NCBI GenBank assembly: GCA_964454175.1 | Contig: CAYVSA010000013.1 | Coordinates: 1 to 13,038, forward strand | Direction: 5' to 3' | DNA length: 13,038 nucleotides | DNA from: an uncultured Pseudomonadota bacterium | Lineage (GTDB): Bacteria > BMS3Abin14 | Shown here: one piece after another, positions 7,412 to 13,038 of the stretch | Position numbering within the stretch: the stretch's first letter is position 1 | Layout of the letters: each line of letters opens with the position of its first letter | The notes under the pieces: generated by a model | Database searches by the model: none | Told to the model about the DNA's origin: nothing | Seen by the model: the letters and a program-made list of their open reading frames with translations, nothing else | Program-made: the position numbers and the translations under genes

Positions 7412-9378
7412 CAGCTGCTGTCCTCTTCTTCCGCCAACTGCCTTATGGCCACGGTGGTCTTGATACGGGCTGTCCTGCCGTCCTGGAACCTGATCTCGGT
7501 GTCTATGGGCACCGAGTCGGAGTCGGTGTACATTGCCTCTATGACCTCTTTATATCTCTCACCGATGAAGCCTCGCCTGACCTTCTGAGTCCTGGTAAGT
7601 TCATCGTCATCGGCGTCGAGCTCCTTGTAGAGCAGAACGAACTTTTTCATGACCGAGGCCTTGTTGATCCTGAGAAGGTCTCCGTTAACTTTCCCGGCTT
7701 CAGCCTCGATCATGTCGTAGACCTCGGTCTTGGAGGAAAGATCGGTGTATGTTGTATAGCTTATCCTGTTGTTCTCCGCCCACTTTCCCACTATTTCCAT
7801 GTCTATATTAATGATGGCTGTTATGAAAGGCAGCTGGTGGCCGATTATCACTGCCTCTTTTATGTAAGGGGAGAATTTGAGCTTGTTTTCAATAAACTGC
7901 GGGGAAAACATTGTCTTGTCTGCCATCTGCATTACGTCTTTTAGCCGGTCGATGACAACCAGATGTCCGTCCTCCGTGAAATGACCGGCGTCTCCGGAGT
8001 GGAGCCAGCCTTCCTTCAGTGTGGCGGCAGTGGCTTCATCGTCCTTATAGTAGCCGTGAAAAACGCTGGGGCTTTTTGACAGGATCTCCCCGTCATCGGA
8101 TATTTTGATCTCGGTTTCGGGTATCGGTTTGCCGACGGAATCAAAATTGACATCACCATCGTGATGGATGCACGAAATGCCGGAGATCTCTGTCTGGCCG
8201 TATATCTGCTTCAGGTTGACACCGAGGGCGTGGAAAAACCGGAAAGTATCCGGACCCAGAGCAGCGCCGCCCGTGGAAGCGGAACGAAGCTTCGAAAACC
8301 CGAGGCGGTCCTTGAGGGCCCTGAATGCACACAGGTAGGCTATGAGATACTGGAACCGGAGGAGGGTCGATGGCGGCCTCTTTTCAAATCTGCAGTCGGC
8401 CATTCGGTATCCGATGGGCATGGCGCGGTTGAAGATCAGCCGCTTCAGGGGTGTTGCATCCATTATCCTGACCTGGACCGAGGCGGCCAGGTTCTCCCAG
8501 ATCCTGGGCGGTGAGAACATCACGTTCGGCCCTATCTCCCGGATATCTTCCTGAACGGTCTCCGGCTCCTCCGGGAAGTTCACTGTAAAGCCCACCAGAA
8601 GTGCACTGGCAAGGCTCATCATCTGTTCCCCGATCCAGGGCAGGGGCAGGAAGGAAACGAATTCGTCATTCTCGAGTTTAGGGTCCACCCTTATAAGATT
8701 GCTGGCCATTTTGAGCATGTTCGTGTGCGTGAGCATGGACCCTTTGGGAAAACCAGTTGTGCCTGACGTGTAGGCGATAAGTGCAAAGTCTTCTCCCCTG
8801 ACATTATTTACCATTTCCACAAAAAGGTCGGGCTTTTTTGACTCGAGGTCTTTTCCCCTGGCTTCGACCTCCTTGAAATCCATGAGGATGGGATCCCTGT
8901 AATTCCGCATTCCCTTGGGGTCGGTGAAAATGATCCTCTGAACCTTGGGAATTTCAGCAGCCAGTTCCAGGATCTTGTCCACCTGTTCCTGGTCTTCTGC
9001 AACCAGGAATTTAGCGTCCGAGTGGTCGATCACGTATCCGACTTCCTTGGAGGTGGAGTCCTGATATATCCCCAGCGGAACTGCTCCTGCGCACTGGGCG
9101 GCGAGTTCGGCAAAAACCCATTCAGGCCGGTTATCGCCCACGATGGCGATCTTATCATCCTTTTCCAGACCCAGGCTGGTCATTCCGAGGCAGAAGTACT
9201 TAACGTGCTCAAGGTATTGACGCCAGGTGAAGGACTGCCAGATACCGAACTCTTTTTCGCGGAGCGCCACCTTATCCGGGAAGCGCCTCGCATTCCTGAG
9301 CAGCAGCCTCGGAAGGGTGTCTCTGGATCTGATATCGCTGGAGGATGGAACAGTTGTATCGCCGGCGCTCATCCTCAT
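7411..9378 (-). CDS. fadD: Long-chain fatty acid-CoA ligase (AMP-binding)
   Basis: 655 aa. P-loop YTSGTTGFPKG, SFLPLPW, QIYGQTE, GWLHSGDAG, IDRLKD and ELTRTQKVRR motifs. ATGA overlap with livG. Symbol is family-level. Confidence 0.88.
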   Translation of the reverse strand: MRMSAGDTTVPSSSDIRSRDTLPRLLLRNARRFPDKVALREKEFGIWQSFTWRQYLEHVKYFCLGMTSLGLEKDDKIAIVGDNRPEWVFAELAAQCAGAVPLGIYQDSTSKEVGYVIDHSDAKFLVAEDQEQVDKILELAAEIPKVQRIIFTDPKGMRNYRDPILMDFKEVEARGKDLESKKPDLFVEMVNNVRGEDFALIAYTSGTTGFPKGSMLTHTNMLKMASNLIRVDPKLENDEFVSFLPLPWIGEQMMSLASALLVGFTVNFPEEPETVQEDIREIGPNVMFSPPRIWENLAASVQVRIMDATPLKRLIFNRAMPIGYRMADCRFEKRPPSTLLRFQYLIAYLCAFRALKDRLGFSKLRSASTGGAALGPDTFRFFHALGVNLKQIYGQTEISGISCIHHDGDVNFDSVGKPIPETEIKISDDGEILSKSPSVFHGYYKDDEATAATLKEGWLHSGDAGHFTEDGHLVVIDRLKDVMQMADKTMFSPQFIENKLKFSPYIKEAVIIGHQLPFITAIINIDMEIVGKWAENNRISYTTYTDLSSKTEVYDMIEAEAGKVNGDLLRINKASVMKKFVLLYKELDADDDELTRTQKVRRGFIGERYKEVIEAMYTDSDSVPIDTEIRFQDGRTARIKTTVAIRQLAEEEDSS

Positions 9379-10154
9379 TGAACCCCTTTGTCGTCGGTCA
9401 CACCAAGGTAGGCTGAAATCACGTGGGGGTCAGCCTGGATCTCTTCCGGTCTGCCCTCGGATATCTTGATGCCGAAGTCCAGAGCGCAGATGCGGTCGGA
9501 GATATCCATGATCACTCCCATGTCGTGTTCAATCAGGACGACCGTGATGTCCCTTTCTTCGTTAATGTCCAGGATGAACCTCGCCATGTCCTCTGTTTCC
9601 TCAACGTTCATGCCGGCCATGGGTTCATCCAGCAGAAGTACTTCAGGGTCAAGGGCCAGGGCTCTGCCCAGTTCGACCCTTTTCTGAAGGCCGTAGGGCA
9701 GTGTTCCAACGAGTTTCTTGCGTATGTTCTGGATCTCGAGAAAATCGATGATCTCTTCCATGACCTCCCTGTGCCGGATCTCCTCGTTCCTTGCCATCCC
9801 GAGAAAAATACCGCCGGTCAGGAGTTCAGTCCTCATGTGGATGTGTCGGCCAAGCATGAGGTTGTCAAGGACAGTCATGCCCCGGAAGAGTTCAATGTTC
9901 TGGAATGTCCGTGATATACCGAGCCGCGCTCTTTTGTGCGGGGAAAGTCTGGAGATCTCTTTTCCCCTGAAGGTCATGCTCCCCTTGTCCGGGTGGTAGA
10001 GGCCTGATATGCAGTTGAAAATGCTTGTTTTGCCGGCGCCGTTGGGCCCGATGATAGCAAAGATCTCTTTTTCCCTGACGTCGAAGCTGACGCCATTGAG
10101 GGCCATGATCCCGCCGAAATGCAGGTAGATATCCCTCAGTTCAAGTATGGGCAA
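9375..10154 (-). CDS. livG: HAAT/LIV-family ABC transporter ATP-binding subunit (LivG-like)
   Basis: Walker A GPNGAGKTS, RTFQNI, LPYGLQKRVE, LLDEPMAG, IEHDM and ISAYLG. Likely start TTG at 10154 (GGAGGT 7 nt upstream) rather than 10202. Confidence 0.92.
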   Translation of the reverse strand: MPILELRDIYLHFGGIMALNGVSFDVREKEIFAIIGPNGAGKTSIFNCISGLYHPDKGSMTFRGKEISRLSPHKRARLGISRTFQNIELFRGMTVLDNLMLGRHIHMRTELLTGGIFLGMARNEEIRHREVMEEIIDFLEIQNIRKKLVGTLPYGLQKRVELGRALALDPEVLLLDEPMAGMNVEETEDMARFILDINEERDITVVLIEHDMGVIMDISDRICALDFGIKISEGRPEEIQADPHVISAYLGVTDDKGVQ

Positions 10155-10301
10155 CGGGTTAACCTCCGGTATGTTAAAACACAGTTTTATTTGCCGGGGC
10201 AAAAAGTCCTATACAGTTACGCTATTTGAAGTTCTCATGTCAAGAATATTACCCCTGAAGTGTTGATTATACAGTCAGAATCAGCAGATGGATCGAATGG
10301 T

Positions 10302-10318
10302 CTTACAGTTAACGTAAG
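10302..10318. promoter_or_regulatory. Candidate LiuR/MerR-type operator
   Basis: CTTAC-AGTTAAC-GTAAG inverted repeat in the divergent intergenic region. It resembles the LiuR box TTTACGTwwACGTAAA with one extra base. Confidence 0.4.
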
Positions 10319-10332
10319 CTGGAGGTTTTGCG

Positions 10333-10361
10333 TTGACACGCTCTGCCGCGCCTGCTAAATT
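10333..10361 (+). promoter_or_regulatory. Sigma70 promoter of the CBS-MerR-ECH-cobO operon
   Basis: TTGACA(10333-10338)-N17-TAAATT(10356-10361) with an extended -10 TGn. Confidence 0.65.
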
Positions 10362-10558
10362 GCCCACTGAGCCCCATGTCTGAGACTGGAGAGCGGGCGA
10401 CCTGTTGTCAGGTACCTTCCAGTTACTGCTGAAATTTCCGCTGCCTTGCATTCTCGCCGCAGGCATCAAGCTTCGTGTTTAGCCGGTGAGGTGTCACCCG
10501 TCAGGTCCTGATTTGATCGCAGTACTGAACCATTAATCAGTACGAGAGGAGGCTAAAG

Positions 10559-11206
10559 ATGCACGCTGTGGACTACATGACCAAGGCGGTGGTCACGGCC
10601 GCCCCAGGAGACCTCGTGATGGATGTGCAGAAGATCATGCAGCAGCAGGGAGTCAGACATATACCCGTTGTCGACGAAGGGGAACTTGTGGGCATTGTCT
10701 CGTTGAATTCGCTGCGTGACGCCTCCCCGTCCAAAGCCACCGATCTCTCGATGCACGAGATCCACTACCTCCTTTCCAGGATGGAGATCAGGGATGTGAT
10801 GAAGACAGAGGTCGTGACCTGCGGACCCCTTGACCACGTTGAAGACGTGGCAAAGATCATGCAGACGAAGCGCATTGGAGCCGTCCCTGTTGTTGACAGG
10901 GGCAGACTGCTGGGCATTCTCACAAACGATGACATGTTCGGGATCCTCATGAAGATCCTGGGGATGGATTCACCCGGTCGGCGGATCACAATTCTTATGG
11001 AAAGGGGCAGGGGAGAGCTTCTTGTGGACATAGTCAAGGCTGTAAAAGCAAAGGGAAAGTTCATTAAGAGCTTCCTGTCCATGGAAAGCCCGCAGCCTGG
11101 GCGCCAGACGGTAATTCTCCACCTTGATGATTCTGAGATGGAAAAAGTAGTATCAGACCTGAAGGAAAAGGGCTTTGAGGTCCAGGCAGTTGACGAGGTG
11201 AAGTAG
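10559..11206 (+). CDS. acuB: CBS-pair + ACT-domain protein (AcuB-like)
   Basis: Two CBS repeats (VRHIPVVDEGELVGIVS; IGAVPVVDRGRLLGILT), linker DASPSKATDLSMHEIHYLL and a C-terminal ACT-like domain. AGGAGG RBS. Symbol is family-level. Confidence 0.85.
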   Translation: MHAVDYMTKAVVTAAPGDLVMDVQKIMQQQGVRHIPVVDEGELVGIVSLNSLRDASPSKATDLSMHEIHYLLSRMEIRDVMKTEVVTCGPLDHVEDVAKIMQTKRIGAVPVVDRGRLLGILTNDDMFGILMKILGMDSPGRRITILMERGRGELLVDIVKAVKAKGKFIKSFLSMESPQPGRQTVILHLDDSEMEKVVSDLKEKGFEVQAVDEVK

Positions 11207-11207
11207 A

Positions 11208-11621
11208 TTGCGAACGCACTCCAAAACCCGGGAGCCGGACACTTATTCCATTAGCGAGGTCGCCAGGGAGACCGGAGTCAGCGCAAGGACCATTCGTTAT
11301 TATGAAGAGATCGGCCTCATAGACAGCGTCACCAGGGTCGGGGGCGGAAGGCGTGTTTTTGGAAGCGAGGAGGTACGTCGACTCAAGTTCATCGGGAAAT
11401 TAAAACACCTGGGTCTTGCCCTTTCTGAAATGGTGGAACTGGCGGAGCTCTCCAGGGATCACAGGGACAACACTGTCGTCCTGCCGCGTCTTGTAACACT
11501 TCTGGACGATCAGCTTGCCAGGATCGACAGCAGGATCAGCAGCCTGAGAGATCTCAGGAGAGAAATTCGATCCTACAGGAAGAAGGTCGCTGACAAAACG
11601 GGAATAAAAAAGGGGAACTGA
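11208..11621 (+). CDS. MerR-family transcriptional regulator (LiuR-like, no metal-binding Cys)
   Basis: YSISEVARETGVSARTIRYYEEIGLI winged HTH plus C-terminal coiled coil. TTG start with GAGGTG upstream. Confidence 0.9.
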   Translation: MRTHSKTREPDTYSISEVARETGVSARTIRYYEEIGLIDSVTRVGGGRRVFGSEEVRRLKFIGKLKHLGLALSEMVELAELSRDHRDNTVVLPRLVTLLDDQLARIDSRISSLRDLRREIRSYRKKVADKTGIKKGN

Positions 11622-11623
11622 AA

Positions 11624-12406
11624 ATGTCAACCGGGGCAGGTGAAGTGAAATATGAGATGACCGAAAAGGTTGCTGTAATAACGATCAGCAACCCTGGAAG
11701 GCTCAACGCCATGAGTAAAGAGGTTCTCGATGGCCTGAGAGATTGTATTTTCCGCCTCGCCACAGAGAGTAAAGCGAGGGTGGCCGTGATAACTGGTGAG
11801 GGTGACAAGGCCCTTGCAGCCGGTGTCGATCTCAACCTGATAGTTGATATGGACCCGGTTGCGGCCAGGGAGTTTTCCATGGATGTTCAGGAAACACTTG
11901 TCAGGATCGAGGCTCTCCGGATACCGGTGATCGCTGCCATTGCAGGTTATGCCGTGGGTGGAGGGCTCGAGCTTGCCCTGGCCTGCGACCTTATTTTCGC
12001 AGCCGAAAACGCCAGGCTTGGCCTTCCTGAAACTAACCTGGGAATTGTTCCCGGATGGGGAGGGTCGATCCGCCTGCCGAGACGGGTGGGCCTTGGAAGG
12101 GCCAGGGAGATGATCTATTCCGGCAGAATAGTTGAAGCTCCGGAGGCTCATATGACGGGTCTTGCCGACGCAGTTTTTCCCGTTGAAATTTTTATGGAAA
12201 AAGTCATGGAGTATGCGTTTGCCCTGGCGGGAAAATCCCGGACCTCACTCGCACTGGCAAAGTCCACCGTCTTGAGAGGGATGGATGCCAGCCTTGAGGC
12301 GGGCCTTGCCCTTGAGAGGGAGGCTTTTGCGAACTGTTTCGCCTCCCCTGACGCCAAAGAAGGTATAAGTGCCTTCCTGGAGAAACGGAAACCGGTGTTT
12401 AAGTAG
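11624..12406 (+). CDS. Enoyl-CoA hydratase/isomerase (crotonase family)
   Basis: AAGVDL oxyanion loop, GYAVGGGLELALACD and GLPETNLGIVPGWGG (both catalytic Glu present), and C-terminal DAKEGISAFLEKRKPVF. Confidence 0.93.
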   Translation: MSTGAGEVKYEMTEKVAVITISNPGRLNAMSKEVLDGLRDCIFRLATESKARVAVITGEGDKALAAGVDLNLIVDMDPVAAREFSMDVQETLVRIEALRIPVIAAIAGYAVGGGLELALACDLIFAAENARLGLPETNLGIVPGWGGSIRLPRRVGLGRAREMIYSGRIVEAPEAHMTGLADAVFPVEIFMEKVMEYAFALAGKSRTSLALAKSTVLRGMDASLEAGLALEREAFANCFASPDAKEGISAFLEKRKPVFK

Positions 12407-12410
12407 ATTT

Positions 12411-12452
12411 TGGAAATTGGAAATTGGGCGCTGGGCGCTGGGCGTTGGGAAA
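12411..12452. repeat. 7-bp degenerate tandem repeat (6 units)
   Basis: TGGAAAT TGGAAAT TGGGCGC TGGGCGC TGGGCGT TGGGAAA fills the ECH-cobO spacer. Confidence 0.8.
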
Positions 12453-12461
12453 TAACCTGCG

Positions 12462-13004
12462 ATGTCAAACGAAGGCATAAAAAAGGGCTACACACACGTT
12501 TACACCGGCGACGGCAAAGGGAAGACTACTGCGGCCCTGGGCCTGGCCCTGCGGGCAGTCGGCGGCGGCCTGAGGGTGCTTGTCATCCAGTTTCTCAAAA
12601 GTGAGGCTGAAGGGTCCGGTGAACTGACTGCGGCGAGAAAGCTGGCACCCGACCTGGAAATACGGCCCAGGGGGGCGGTGGGTTTTGTTGACCCCCGAGA
12701 AATACCCGAAGAAGCGTACAGTCTGGCTGGAGCTGCACTTGCAGAATCTACGATGGAAATACAGAGCGGAAACTGGGATCTTGTTGTCCTGGACGAGATA
12801 AATGTGGCAGCCGCTTTCGGGCTGGTGGAAACCAGTGAGGTACTCGATCTTCTAAAAGCAAAACCGGATGGGGTTGAGCTTGTCCTGACCGGTCGTTTTG
12901 CACCTCAGGAGTTTATAAGCGCTGCCGACCTGGTGACCGAAATGAAGGCCGTAAAGCACTATTTCGATGCCGGAGTACCTGCGAGGGAAGGGATTGAGAA
13001 ATAA
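12462..13004 (+). CDS. cobO: Cob(I)alamin/cob(I)yrinic acid a,c-diamide adenosyltransferase (CobO/BtuR/CobA)
   Basis: GYTHVYTGDGKGKTTAALGLALRAVG, IQFLK, DLVVLDEIN, ELVLTGR and ADLVTEMKAVKHYFDAGVPAREGIE. Confidence 0.95.
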   Translation: MSNEGIKKGYTHVYTGDGKGKTTAALGLALRAVGGGLRVLVIQFLKSEAEGSGELTAARKLAPDLEIRPRGAVGFVDPREIPEEAYSLAGAALAESTMEIQSGNWDLVVLDEINVAAAFGLVETSEVLDLLKAKPDGVELVLTGRFAPQEFISAADLVTEMKAVKHYFDAGVPAREGIEK

Positions 13005-13006
13005 CA

Positions 13007-13038
13007 GGTATCGACGTATCAGAGTTTGGGAGTATGGG
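13007..13038. repeat. 8-bp degenerate tandem repeat running to the window edge
   Basis: GGTATCGA CGTATCAG AGTTTGGG AGTATGGG starts 2 nt after the cobO stop. Confidence 0.45.

Noticed and set aside
3100-9999. Numerous antisense or alternate-frame ORFs over the ABC operon
   Set aside because: They overlap well-supported genes and have no motifs; such shadows are expected from GC-rich codon bias.
10155-10202. Longer livG start at 10202
   Set aside because: The RBS supports TTG at 10154, and the extension overlaps presumed regulatory DNA.
10210-10243. Minus-strand TTGACA (10243-10238) as the liv operon promoter
   Set aside because: No convincing -10 hexamer at 16-19 bp spacing, so it was left uncalled.
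10384-10425. CTGGAGAG...TCAGGT resembling a glycine riboswitch
   Set aside because: It lacks the conserved CCGAAG/CUCUCAGG elements and the tandem aptamer.
10495-10522. CCCGTCAGGTCC resembling the SRP RNA core
   Set aside because: The required GGAAGGAAGCAGC continuation and long helix are absent.
11208-11621. MerR as a CarH/LitR B12 photoreceptor or metal sensor, given nearby cobO
   Set aside because: Only 137 aa, with no cobalamin-binding domain and no cysteines.
10281-12604. Minus-strand ORFs opposite the CBS-MerR-ECH operon, ORF 10281-10469 and ORF 12410-12604
   Set aside because: Antisense or frame shadows, or repeat-derived, with no coding evidence.
1-13038. CRISPR array, tRNA/rRNA, IS or integrase
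   Set aside because: No repeat-spacer periodicity, RNA-gene signatures or recombinase/transposase motifs were seen.

Overview
Bacterial chromosomal window; gene content and style suggest an anaerobic Deltaproteobacteria/Desulfobacterota-like organism (inference only). A minus-strand LIV/HAAT-type ABC operon has a long-chain acyl-CoA ligase embedded in it (livG-ligase-livH-livM-binding protein-livF). A PaaK-like CoA ligase runs off the left edge and is missing from the ORF track. A divergent plus-strand operon encodes a CBS+ACT (AcuB-like) protein, a Cys-free MerR regulator, an enoyl-CoA hydratase and CobO/BtuR. Between livF and the PaaK-like gene lies a ~1.9 kb accessory block, AT-richer in its NTase gene. 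It holds (i) a nucleotidyltransferase + XRE-HTH pair driven by a near-consensus sigma70 promoter that predicts a leaderless mRNA and is overlapped by a perfect 22-bp palindrome (candidate autoregulated toxin-antitoxin/defence module), and (ii) a beta-propeller lipoprotein gene frameshifted at a G7 tract and apparently missing internal blades. Four degenerate 7-8 bp tandem arrays sit in intergenic regions downstream of stop codons.
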